13,704 nt of DNA, from positions 1 through 13,704 of the IMG/VR virus record IMGVR_UViG_2740892422_000001, one strand, 5' to 3'. The DNA comes from a virus. Lineage: Duplodnaviria; Heunggongvirae; Uroviricota; Caudoviricetes. The stretch's first letter is position 1; each line of letters opens with the position of its first letter. Below the pieces are notes generated by a model. That model did not search any database. It saw only the letters and a program-made list of their open reading frames with translations, and had not been told where the DNA came from. The translations under genes were made by a program, and so were the position numbers. This document shows, in pieces, positions 1 through 7,599 of this stretch.

Positions 1-20
1 CGAAGGTGAGTTGATGGCTC

Positions 21-332
21 ATGATGTCCCTCTGGGATGCGCTCCGGATGAATATGATGATCTCATATCAGGAACTTGTTCGCACCTTCCTTAACAAAAT
101 CGCAATGCTTGGAACTGAGAAGACAGCGGAAGCTGTGGGCGTTGATAAGTCGCAGATCAGCAGGTGGAAGAGGGACTGGATTCCAAAGTTCTCAATGCTG
201 CTTGCTGTTCTTGAATGGGGTGTCGTTGACGACGACATGGCTCGATTGGCACGACAAGTTGCTTCGATTCTCACCAATAAAAAACGCCCGGCGGCAACCG
301 AGCGTTCTGAACAAATCCAGATGGAATTCTGA
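21..332 (+). CDS. cII: cII-like transcriptional activator; C-terminal ~80 aa match lambda CII as I recall it, N-terminal ~23 aa unrelated
   Basis: ORF translation from LNKIAMLGTEKTAEAVGVDKSQISRWKRDWIPKFSMLLAVLEWGVVDDDMARLARQV...KKRPAATERSEQIQMEF matches lambda CII from memory, including the helix-turn-helix region. Upstream of ~nt 87 the DNA and the N-terminus MMSLWDALRMNMMISYQELVRTF do not match lambda. AGGTGA lies ~11 nt upstream of ATG 21. The true start is uncertain; in-frame ATGs also occur at 24, 48, 54 and 57. Confidence 0.7.
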   Translation: MMSLWDALRMNMMISYQELVRTFLNKIAMLGTEKTAEAVGVDKSQISRWKRDWIPKFSMLLAVLEWGVVDDDMARLARQVASILTNKKRPAATERSEQIQMEF

Positions 333-354
333 GGTCATTACTGGATCTATCAAC
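278..354 (-). ncRNA. oop: oop antisense RNA (lambda OOP), overlapping the 3' end of cII, with its intrinsic terminator
   Basis: Established lambda organisation: the 77-nt oop RNA is transcribed leftward from pO and overlaps the cII 3' end. On the - strand the GC-rich hairpin (RC of ~285-300, cggttgccgccgggcg) followed by a T-run (RC of 279-284) matches the known oop terminator. Coordinates are placed by offset from lambda and are approximate (+/- a few nt). Confidence 0.5.
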
Positions 355-359
355 AGGAG

Positions 360-392
360 TCATTATGACAAATACAGCAAAAATACTCAACT
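360..392 (-). promoter_or_regulatory. pO promoter for oop (-10 CATAAT, -35 TTGAGT on the - strand)
   Basis: Reverse complement of 355-395 reads ccgaagTTGAGTatttttgctgtatttgtCATAATgactcct: 17-nt spacer and -10 ending ~7 nt before the predicted oop 5' end. Consistent with the known lambda pO location at the start of O. Confidence 0.4.
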
Positions 393-1264
393 TCGGCCGA
401 GGTAACTTTGCCGGACAGGAGCGTAATGTGGCAGATCTCGATGATGGTTACGCCAGACTATCAAATATGCTGCTTGAGGCTTATTCAGGCGCAGATCTGA
501 CCAAGCGACAGTTTAAAGTGCTGCTTGCCATTCTGCGTAAAACCTATGGGTGGAATAAACCAATGGACAGAATCACCGATTCTCAACTTAGCGAGATTAC
601 AAAGTTACCTGTCAAACGGTGCAATGAAGCTAAGTTAGAACTCGTCAGAATGAATATTATCAAGCAGCAAGGCGGCATGTTTGGACCAAACAAAAACATC
701 TCAGAATGGTGCATCCCTCAAAACGAGGGAAAATCCCCTAAAACGAGGGATAAAACATCCCTCAAATTGGGGGATTGCTATCCCTCAAAACAGGGGGACA
801 CAAAAGACACTATTACAAAAGAAAAAAGAAAAGATTATTCGTCAGAGAATTCTGGCGAATCCTCTGACCAGCCAGAAAACGACCTTTCTGTGGTGAAACC
901 GGATGCTGCAATTCAGAGCGGCAGCAAGTGGGGGACAGCAGAAGACCTGACCGCCGCAGAGTGGATGTTTGACATGGTGAAGACCATCGCGCCATCAGCC
1001 AGAAAACCGAATTTTGCAGGGTGGGCTAACGATATCCGCCTGATGCGTGAACGTGACGGACGTAACCACCGCGACATGTGCGTGCTGTTCCGCTGGGCAT
1101 GCCAGGACAACTTCTGGTCCGGTAACGTGCTTAGCCCGGCCAAACTCCGCGACAAGTGGACCCAGCTCGAAATCAACCGTAACAAGCAACAGGCAGTCGT
1201 GACAGCCAGCAAACCAAAACTCGACCTGACAAACACAGACTGGATTTACGGGGTGGATCTATGA
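365..1264 (+). CDS. O: Replication initiation protein O (lambda gpO)
   Basis: 299-aa ORF matching lambda O from memory ([40 protein letters not shown]...TDWIYGVDL). RBS AGGAG upstream. Stop overlaps the next ATG (ATGA at 1261-1264) as in lambda O/P. Contains the ori iterons. Confidence 0.97.
   Translation: MTNTAKILNFGRGNFAGQERNVADLDDGYARLSNMLLEAYSGADLTKRQFKVLLAILRKTYGWNKPMDRITDSQLSEITKLPVKRCNEAKLELVRMNIIKQQGGMFGPNKNISEWCIPQNEGKSPKTRDKTSLKLGDCYPSKQGDTKDTITKEKRKDYSSENSGESSDQPENDLSVVKPDAAIQSGSKWGTAEDLTAAEWMFDMVKTIAPSARKPNFAGWANDIRLMRERDGRNHRDMCVLFRWACQDNFWSGNVLSPAKLRDKWTQLEINRNKQQAVVTASKPKLDLTNTDWIYGVDL
713..840. repeat. ori-lambda: four ~19-bp iterons (each an internal inverted repeat tccctc...gaggga) followed by an AT-rich unwinding region
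   Basis: Seen directly: catccctcaaaacgaggga (712-730), aatcccctaaaacgaggga (732-750), acatccctcaaattggggga (~754-773), tatccctcaaaacaggggga (~780-799), then A/T-rich caaaagacactattacaaaagaaaaaagaaaagattattc (800-840). This is the classical O-binding origin inside the O coding sequence. Confidence 0.9.
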
Positions 1265-2079
1265 AAAACATCGCCGCACAGATGGTTAACTTTGACCGTG
1301 AGCAGATGCGTAGGATCGCCAACAACATGCCGGAACAGTACGACGAAAAGCCGCAGGTAAGCCGTATTCTGGCGATTACGACAAGCGATGAGAAATGCCT
1401 GCAGACTGCATCCAGAGATGATTTGGCATCAAAACTGAAAACCGCCGGATATTCACGCAGTTTTATTCAGTATTCATCGGGTAATAAATACGCTGCGTTA
1501 TCTGCATTTGGCCGGGCATTCACGGTTAATTTCAATGGCAGTAATACCGCGATTACGCTCAAGTTTAAGCATGAGCCGGGGGTCGGGTATGAAACACTGA
1601 CAGTCAGCCAGGCATCGGCACTTGATGCAAAAAACTGCAATGTGTTCGTGTACTACCAGAATGATACAGCTATCCTCCAGCAGGGAGTGATGGCTAACGG
1701 CGATTTCTTTGATGAACGCCACGGCCTGGACTGGTTACAGAATTATGTGCAGACCAGCCTCTATAACCTGCTTTATACCAGCACCACGAAAGTTCCCCAG
1801 ACTGAAGCCGGTATTACCCGACTGTTATCAAATGTTGAAAAATCACTGGATCAGGCCGTTCAGAATGGACTGATTGCTCCGGGCGTATGGAACGGGGGCG
1901 ACCTTGGTCAGTTGTCATCAGGTGACACACTGCCCAAAGGTTATTACGTATACGCTCAGCCGCTGGATGAACAGGCTCAATCAGAACGTGAAGCCCGTAA
2001 GGCTCCGGTGATTCAGGCTGCAATAAAACTTGCAGGCGCGGTTCATTACGCTGACGTACAGATTAACGTTGTTCGCTAA
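1261..2079 (+). CDS. In-frame fusion ORF: lambda P N-terminal ~32 aa joined to the C-terminal ~240 aa of a tail-sheath-like protein
   Basis: First 32 aa ([33 protein letters not shown]) match lambda P; at nt ~1359 the sequence diverges and the remainder ([12 protein letters not shown]...[45 protein letters not shown]) resembles a C-terminal sheath domain by composition and by its position immediately upstream of a tube gene. Sheath proteins of this type are about twice this length, so the N-terminal half appears to be missing. The sheath assignment is from memory, not an alignment. Confidence 0.55.
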   Translation: MKNIAAQMVNFDREQMRRIANNMPEQYDEKPQVSRILAITTSDEKCLQTASRDDLASKLKTAGYSRSFIQYSSGNKYAALSAFGRAFTVNFNGSNTAITLKFKHEPGVGYETLTVSQASALDAKNCNVFVYYQNDTAILQQGVMANGDFFDERHGLDWLQNYVQTSLYNLLYTSTTKVPQTEAGITRLLSNVEKSLDQAVQNGLIAPGVWNGGDLGQLSSGDTLPKGYYVYAQPLDEQAQSEREARKAPVIQAAIKLAGAVHYADVQINVVR

Positions 2080-2089
2080 GGGGAAGTGA

Positions 2090-2530
2090 ATGTCTACCTA
2101 TTCTTTTATGGATGTCACTGCGACGCTGACCGGGCCGACAGGTTCGATTGACCTCGGGTACGGTTCGGCAAGTTCTGAAGAGGGGATTGTGGTTGCGATG
2201 GGCGGTCCTAAAAACACCATGACCATCGGTGCTGATGGCGAAGTGATGCACAGTCTCCATGCAGATAAAAGCGGGACGATTACCGTTAACCTTCTGAAGA
2301 CATCACCGACAAATAAAAAATTGTCGCTGGCGTATAACGCACAGAGCCAGTCTTCTGCCACATGGGGGAATAACGTTATCGTGATCCGCAACAAGATCAG
2401 CGGTGACATCATCACGGCACGCAGTGTTGCGTTCCAGAAACAACCGGATAACGCCAACGCTAAAACCGGTAATACGATGCCGTGGGTGTTTGACTGCGGC
2501 AAGATTGACCAGGTTCTCGGGGAGTTTTAA
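2090..2530 (+). CDS. Tail tube protein (Mu gpM-like)
   Basis: 146-aa ORF directly after the sheath-like ORF and before the chaperone and tape measure genes. RBS AGGGGAAG upstream of ATG 2090. Size and position are typical of a myophage tube protein. Confidence 0.6.
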   Translation: MSTYSFMDVTATLTGPTGSIDLGYGSASSEEGIVVAMGGPKNTMTIGADGEVMHSLHADKSGTITVNLLKTSPTNKKLSLAYNAQSQSSATWGNNVIVIRNKISGDIITARSVAFQKQPDNANAKTGNTMPWVFDCGKIDQVLGEF

Positions 2531-2533
2531 TGC

Positions 2534-2986
2534 ATGGAATTCGAAATTAAAGGCGTGAAATATCGCACGGCAAAACTCAGCGTTTTTGACCAGCTGAAAG
2601 TGACCCGCAAACTTCTGCCGGTGCTGGCAGGAATGATGTCAGATTTCGGGAGTATTCGCTCCCGTTTGCCTGCTGACGGCAAAATCGACACCGTGAAATT
2701 CGAACAGTTAAAACCGGTGTTTGAAACCATGCTCCCGCGTATCGCTGAGGAACTGTCTTCCCTGACCGAAGATGACACCGATGCGATTATTCATCCCTGT
2801 CTTGCGGTGGTATCGCGGCGTCATATGGACGGATGGGTGCCGGTATTTACCCAGGGTGAACTGATGTTTGATGATATTGACCTGCTGGTCATGCTGCAAC
2901 TGGTGGCGCGGGTGGTCGCCGATTCGCTGGGAAATTTTTTGCCTACACCCCTTACCAGCACGACGCAGAGCCTGCAACAGGGCTGA
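2534..2986 (+). CDS. Tail assembly chaperone (lambda G-like, upstream frame)
   Basis: 150-aa ORF between the tube and tape measure genes, RBS GGGGAG ~10 nt upstream. A slippery heptamer near its 3' end and an open -1 frame downstream (next feature) fit the conserved chaperone arrangement. Confidence 0.6.
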   Translation: MEFEIKGVKYRTAKLSVFDQLKVTRKLLPVLAGMMSDFGSIRSRLPADGKIDTVKFEQLKPVFETMLPRIAEELSSLTEDDTDAIIHPCLAVVSRRHMDGWVPVFTQGELMFDDIDLLVMLQLVARVVADSLGNFLPTPLTSTTQSLQQG

Positions 2987-3174
2987 CGTTTAACAGCCTG
3001 CCGGACGGGCTGTCCTACCTTCTCAATCCGGTTGACGCCGGGTTAATTCCTTATACAGCACTTAAAGATGGCTCTGTCGATTTGTATGACATTGCTCTCT
3101 TGAATGACCATCTGGCGGTAAAAGCGGATAACCAGCGACGCATTGAGAAATGGAGAGAGGATAATGAACGCTGA
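2534..3174 (+). CDS. Tail assembly chaperone -1 frameshift product (G-T-like): frame 0 from 2534 to the slip site 2929-2935, then the -1 frame to TGA at 3172-3174
   Basis: Seen directly: G_GGA_AAT heptamer at 2929-2935 (lambda G/GT uses G_GGA_AAG) followed by a T-run. The -1 frame is open from at least 2881 to 3174 and encodes a protein-like extension (...FNSLPDGLSYLLNPVDAGLIPYTALKDGSVDLYDIALLNDHLAVKADNQRRIEKWREDNER). The extension ends just inside the tape measure gene start, as expected. Confidence 0.5.
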
Positions 3175-5152
3175 AACTATTAAAGATTTCCTCGTCTCGC
3201 TTGGCTTCAGTGTGGATGATGCAGGAGCGAAAAAGTTCGGTTCTGTCCTCGCCGGTACAACTGCAAATGTCATCAAAATGGGGCTGGCTGTTGAAGGAGC
3301 TGCGCTGTCCGTGGTGGCCTTCACGGCTAAGATCGCCTCCGGCCTGGATAATCTTTACTGGGCGTCACAGCGCACCGGCGCGACAGTCCAGGGAATTCAG
3401 TCTATTGGCTATGCGGTTTCGCAGGTTGGCGGCAGCGTGGACGCTGCGCGATCTTCTCTGGAAAGCCTCTCCCGGTTTATTCGTAACAATCCCGGTGCAG
3501 AAGGCTTTCTGAATCGCCTGGGCGTACAGACCCGTGATGCCAGCGGTAACATGCGTGACATGGCCGCTATTTTTACGGGCGTTGGACAGAAACTCAGCAG
3601 CATGCCGTATTACCGGGCTAACCAGTATGCGCAGATGCTGGGCATTGACGAAAATACCCTTATGGCGATGCGCCGGGGTGTGGGTGGCTTCTCCGGGCAG
3701 TACAGCGCAATGGCGAAAGCTATCGGCTTCAATGCTGACGAGGCGGCCAGAAGCTCCAACAAATTTATGACCTCCCTGCGTGAGTTTGGCGCGATGGCAG
3801 GCATGGCCCGTGACAAAATCGGCTCTAATCTTGCGGGGGGGCTTGCGGGTTCGCTGGACACCCTGCGCCGCCATATCCTGGACAACTTCCCTCGTATCGA
3901 GCAGACCCTGACGAAAGCCATAAAAGGCATTCTGGCGCTCGGGGATATTATCGGGCGGCTGTTCTTCAGACTGATTGAGGGGACATCAGGCCTTATCACC
4001 TGGTGGCAATCGCTGGATAAGCAAACGCGGGAGTTGATCTCGCTGTTTGGCGCACTGACGATTGCGCTGCGCATTCTGAACAGTACGTTCTGGATGTCGC
4101 CGATTGGCCTCATTACCGCGCTGGCGGCGGGTATTGCCCTCCTGTGGGAGGACTATCAGACCTGGAAGGAAGGCGGCGACAGCCTGATTGACTGGGGCAA
4201 GTGGAAACCGGAGGTCGATGCCGCGCTGAAGATGGTTCGTGACCTTAAAACGACCGTTAACGACCTGGTGAAAGCGCTGGCGAAACTGCTCAATATTGAC
4301 CCCAAATCATGGTCCCTGAAGTGGGATTTCAGCAACTTCATCGACCAGATGGGCGAATTCAGCAAAATGCTGAACATGATCGCTGACCTGCTCAACGCTA
4401 TCAAAGATGGCCGCTGGGCTGATGCCGTCAGCATCGGCAAACAGATACTTAATCAGGGCAGCGAAAATCCGTCAGCGATGCCGATGGTTACAGACAGCGC
4501 TAACAGTACTGCCGACTGGATTAAAGAGCACTGGGGATTAGATCCCCGCAGTGTGGGCCGGACGGTACGCGGCTGGTTTGGTGATGATGAGCCGGAACAA
4601 CATGCACAGGCTACGAAACGAGGAGAACGGAATAACAATCCGGGAAACCTTAATTTTGCTGGTCAGGCAGGGGCTTCTCTTGAACGCCCGGGCGGGCGAT
4701 TTGCCAGATTTGAAACTGCCTTTGATGGATTACGGGCTCTTGCTCGTCAGTTAATGCTGTACGCCGGACGGGGAATAAACAGTGTGGAGAAAATTATCTC
4801 TACCTGGGCACCTGCGTCTGATAATAACAACACAACTGCGTATATCAGGGCTGTATCGCAACGACTGGGAGTGGATCCCCGGGCTGCCCTGAATATGAGC
4901 GATCCGCAAACCATGTCAGCATTGATGAGCAGCATTATCCAGCATGAGAATGGAAGAAATATCTATTCTCGGGAGCTGATTAATAAGGCTGCCGTGGCGG
5001 GAATTAGTGGCAAAGTGACAGAGGTTAACCAGCAGAATACCTACCACATTTACGGTGGCGGAGATCCGCACGCTGTCGGTAATGAGGTTGCACGTCGGCA
5101 ACAGTCTGCAAATGCTCAGGTCATGCGAAGTAATCAGGTGAGGGTGGGTTAG
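3164..5152 (+). CDS. Tail tape measure protein
   Basis: Long ORF (662 aa from ATG 3164; an alternative ATG at 3143 lacks an RBS) directly downstream of the chaperone pair. GGAGAGAGG RBS. Alanine/glycine-rich helical N-terminal part, a hydrophobic segment (LISLFGALTIALRILNSTFWMSPIGLITALAAGIALLW) and a distinct C-terminal globular region. Position and composition are typical of a tape measure protein. Confidence 0.85.
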   Translation: MNAETIKDFLVSLGFSVDDAGAKKFGSVLAGTTANVIKMGLAVEGAALSVVAFTAKIASGLDNLYWASQRTGATVQGIQSIGYAVSQVGGSVDAARSSLESLSRFIRNNPGAEGFLNRLGVQTRDASGNMRDMAAIFTGVGQKLSSMPYYRANQYAQMLGIDENTLMAMRRGVGGFSGQYSAMAKAIGFNADEAARSSNKFMTSLREFGAMAGMARDKIGSNLAGGLAGSLDTLRRHILDNFPRIEQTLTKAIKGILALGDIIGRLFFRLIEGTSGLITWWQSLDKQTRELISLFGALTIALRILNSTFWMSPIGLITALAAGIALLWEDYQTWKEGGDSLIDWGKWKPEVDAALKMVRDLKTTVNDLVKALAKLLNIDPKSWSLKWDFSNFIDQMGEFSKMLNMIADLLNAIKDGRWADAVSIGKQILNQGSENPSAMPMVTDSANSTADWIKEHWGLDPRSVGRTVRGWFGDDEPEQHAQATKRGERNNNPGNLNFAGQAGASLERPGGRFARFETAFDGLRALARQLMLYAGRGINSVEKIISTWAPASDNNNTTAYIRAVSQRLGVDPRAALNMSDPQTMSALMSSIIQHENGRNIYSRELINKAAVAGISGKVTEVNQQNTYHIYGGGDPHAVGNEVARRQQSANAQVMRSNQVRVG

Positions 5153-5739
5153 TGGATATTCTCTCTACACTTTTTCATCAGCAGAGCAGAAAAATAGGAA
5201 TGATTGTTCCCAGTGTTGTTATTTCAGAGAAGCATACAGATATGCTTGAAATAACCGAGCATCCGGTAGAGGTCGGGGCCGCTGTCGCTGATCATGCCTA
5301 TAAAAAACCGTCAGAAGTGGTGATGGAGGTTGGTTTCGCCGGTGGCGGCGCATTGCTGGATTTTGCCAGTAACCTGACGGCTACCAGCCTGCTCGGCCTG
5401 AGTCCTCAGCAGACGTATCAGGAGCTACTGGATCTGCAGGAAAGCCGTATCCCCTTCGATGTGGTAACCGGTAAACGGCTGTACAGCAACATGTTGATCC
5501 GGGCGCTGGAAGTGACGACGGACAAGACAACCGAAAACGTCCTGTCCGCCGTCCTCACCCTGAGGGAGGTCATTATCTCCCGGACACAGCAGATTACCGT
5601 CGCGGATAAAACCAACATGAAGGAAGGGGCCAGCACGTCGGCGGTACAGAACAGCGGCAACAAAACCACAAAACCTCCAGATACTTCACTGCTGAAAAGC
5701 ATCACGGGTAACGTGGCGTCATTACTGGGGGGCGGCTAA
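5152..5739 (+). CDS. Tail/baseplate protein, family not resolved
   Basis: 195-aa ORF with GTG start overlapping the tape measure stop (TAGTG), RBS GGTGAGGGTGG. It sits between tape measure and hub genes where Mu-like modules carry distal tail proteins. Assignment by synteny only. Confidence 0.45.
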   Translation: MDILSTLFHQQSRKIGMIVPSVVISEKHTDMLEITEHPVEVGAAVADHAYKKPSEVVMEVGFAGGGALLDFASNLTATSLLGLSPQQTYQELLDLQESRIPFDVVTGKRLYSNMLIRALEVTTDKTTENVLSAVLTLREVIISRTQQITVADKTNMKEGASTSAVQNSGNKTTKPPDTSLLKSITGNVASLLGGG

Positions 5740-6041
5740 TGACAATTCAGGAAATTCCGCTGACAGCGGACAACCAGCAGTTCAGCATCGTCCTGGGTGG
5801 TGTCACCTGGCGGATTAGCATCATATGGCGCGATCTGTACTGGATTATGGACCTGCAGAACGACAGAGGGGAGCCGGTAATCTCCGGTATTCCTCTCGTC
5901 ACTGGTGCTGACCTGCTGGCGCAGTACGCCTGTATGGGGCTTGGTTTTAAGCTGGTGGTGGTCTGTGATGACAACACACAGGATTACCCCACAAAAACTG
6001 ACCTGGGCGGTCGCAGCCATTTACTGGTATCAACGGAGTAA
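5739..6041 (+). CDS. Small tail/baseplate protein, family not resolved
   Basis: 100-aa ORF with ATG overlapping the upstream stop (TAATG), translationally coupled within the tail operon. Assignment by synteny only. Confidence 0.4.
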   Translation: MTIQEIPLTADNQQFSIVLGGVTWRISIIWRDLYWIMDLQNDRGEPVISGIPLVTGADLLAQYACMGLGFKLVVVCDDNTQDYPTKTDLGGRSHLLVSTE

Positions 6042-6043
6042 GC

Positions 6044-7105
6044 ATGTCACAGAACTGGATGAGACATTTCGAGCTGCAGCTTGTGGACGGGAACGGTCAG
6101 GGAATTGAGCTAAGTGATTTTAAAGTCACCTTTACGATCGACTGGTTCAACATCAGCAGCGCGTCCCGGGTAGGGACTATCAAAATTTATAACCTCTCGG
6201 CAGATACTGTGAACCGAATCACCGGGCAGGAGTTTTCGAAAGTGCGTCTGATTGCCGGTTACGACGGTATCGCGCCGGAGGTGTCGGCAAGCGACGTCGG
6301 GACCGTGCGGGAAGTTGACGCGGCGGACGTGGGTCAGAGTGATGGCCGCAACTACGGACTGATTTTCAGCGGTGAAATTCGCTACTCGGTCACAGGAAAA
6401 GACAGTCCGGTTGATTCCTACGTCCTGATTCAGGCAGCAGATACTGATCTGGCTTTTGCCACCAGTATAACCTCACAGACGCTGGCTGCCGGTTACACGG
6501 TCGCTGATGTAAACCGTGCGCTGATGAAAGACTTCGAAGCCAAAGGCGCGACCGAAGGCCTGACGCCTGAAATGCCTGCTACTGTATTCCCCCGGGGGCG
6601 GGTACTCTTTGGCATGACGCGGCATCTAATGGATAACGTAGCCGGGCAATGTGGCGCAACATGGCAATTCGTGGACGGTCAGCGCCAGATGGTGGCGAAT
6701 AACGAATATGTTCATGAAGCGATTGTGCTCAACAGCGCTACCGGGCTTATTGGCATGCCGCAGCAGACTATCGGTAACGGCGTAAACGTCCGCGCGCTTA
6801 TTAATCCGAACATCCGGGTTAACGGACTTATTCAGCTGGATCAGGCTTCCGTGTATCGTACCGCCTTGTCGAACAACGATATTGCGATGGCTGGTGGTCA
6901 GATCACCGACCAGAACACGGATGGAAATATCACGCTAAGCGGCACCACATCGCAGCCTGCCAGCATCGCAACGGATGGCGTTTATATTGTGCGCGGGATT
7001 ATGTACACTGGCGACACAAGGGGCCAGGCGTGGTACATGGATATGATGTGCGAAGCGCGTGGCGCGGCGGATCTGTATACGCGATCGGCTTTGCAAAGGG
7101 GATGA
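6044..7105 (+). CDS. Baseplate hub-like protein (Mu gpP / P2 gpD-like by position and size)
   Basis: 353-aa ORF, RBS ACGGAG, located after the tape measure and distal tail proteins and before the spike and wedge genes. Family assignment is inferred from synteny and size. Confidence 0.5.
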   Translation: MSQNWMRHFELQLVDGNGQGIELSDFKVTFTIDWFNISSASRVGTIKIYNLSADTVNRITGQEFSKVRLIAGYDGIAPEVSASDVGTVREVDAADVGQSDGRNYGLIFSGEIRYSVTGKDSPVDSYVLIQAADTDLAFATSITSQTLAAGYTVADVNRALMKDFEAKGATEGLTPEMPATVFPRGRVLFGMTRHLMDNVAGQCGATWQFVDGQRQMVANNEYVHEAIVLNSATGLIGMPQQTIGNGVNVRALINPNIRVNGLIQLDQASVYRTALSNNDIAMAGGQITDQNTDGNITLSGTTSQPASIATDGVYIVRGIMYTGDTRGQAWYMDMMCEARGAADLYTRSALQRG

Positions 7106-7108
7106 GCA

Positions 7109-7450
7109 ATGAGGGGTATTATTTTTCTGTTAGCTGTCTTTTCTGCGTGCAGCGCGTGGGCGGATGGCTTCACGGTTAAATGCGGTGGCTACACTATGGT
7201 TGCAAACCAGGGCGAGTTATCGACTATCAACGGTGAAAGAGTTACCTCTCAAAAAATCACCGAACTGGGTACCAATGGTTTGAAAGTAGACATGGGGCTT
7301 ATGCCTGCCAAAGACGGTAACAACTACGGCTTTGAATACATTCGTCGCCCTGGTACCGAAACGCGATTCCTGAATGTCCAGCTTCTGCAGAACAGCATGG
7401 ATGCGCCGAAAATCATCGGATCTTTCCCTTGTAAAAAAGTGGCTGGGTGA
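7109..7450 (+). CDS. Small secreted protein or lipoprotein (113 aa) with N-terminal signal peptide; accessory (moron-like) gene
   Basis: N-terminus MRGIIFLLAVFSACSAWADG has a positive n-region, a hydrophobic core and an AWA-like signal peptidase I site; an alternative lipobox-like FSAC is present. The start is coupled to the hub gene stop (RBS GGGGATGAG). GC content looks lower than in the flanking tail genes. No structural-protein counterpart is expected at this position. Confidence 0.6.
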   Translation: MRGIIFLLAVFSACSAWADGFTVKCGGYTMVANQGELSTINGERVTSQKITELGTNGLKVDMGLMPAKDGNNYGFEYIRRPGTETRFLNVQLLQNSMDAPKIIGSFPCKKVAG

Positions 7451-7476
7451 AGGTAACCTGAAATTCGTAACGCCTG

Positions 7477-7515
7477 AAAAACAACAAAATGTGCTCTAAA
7501 AACTGTTGTTTTTTG
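7477..7515 (+). terminator. AT-rich hairpin followed by a T-run (weak intrinsic-terminator-like element or regulatory inverted repeat)
   Basis: Perfect 10-bp inverted repeat aaaaacaaca (7477-7486) / tgttgttttt (7504-7513) with a 17-nt loop and trailing T-run, 27 nt after the signal-peptide gene stop. The stem is A/T-only, so terminator strength is doubtful. Confidence 0.3.
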
Positions 7516-7543
7516 AGACGAGCGATTACACTGCACTGACTTT

Positions 7544-7572
7544 TTGATGGTGGATTGCCATCGATATGCTAC
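7544..7572 (+). promoter_or_regulatory. Candidate sigma70-like promoter for the two-gene cassette
   Basis: TTGATG (7544-7549), 15-nt spacer, TATGCT (7565-7570) in the 150-bp intergenic region; AGGA RBS ~12 nt before ATG 7600. This is a weak match to consensus and is a prediction only. Confidence 0.25.
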
Positions 7573-7599
7573 TTCATTAAAGCCAGGAATAACTAAAAC

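Noticed and set aside
68-405. ORFs overlapping cII on the - strand (68-277) and in another + frame (76-405)
   Set aside because: They overlap the recognisable cII coding frame and the O start; the translations do not resemble known lambda products.
715-800. Possibility that the short tandem repeats are a CRISPR array or a mobile-element terminal repeat
   Set aside because: There are only four ~19-bp units with short A-rich spacers inside a coding sequence; they match the known ori-lambda iterons rather than repeat-spacer architecture.
681-896. + strand 71-aa ORF inside O spanning the iterons
   Set aside because: It is an alternative frame of the O gene across the repetitive ori region; the lysine-rich translation arises from the A-rich origin sequence.
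3365-4113. Long - strand ORFs (169 aa at 3365-3874 and 167 aa at 3610-4113) inside the tape measure gene
   Set aside because: They lie entirely antisense to a well-supported long + strand gene in GC-rich DNA and have arginine/serine/proline-rich low-complexity translations with no RBS; typical shadow ORFs.
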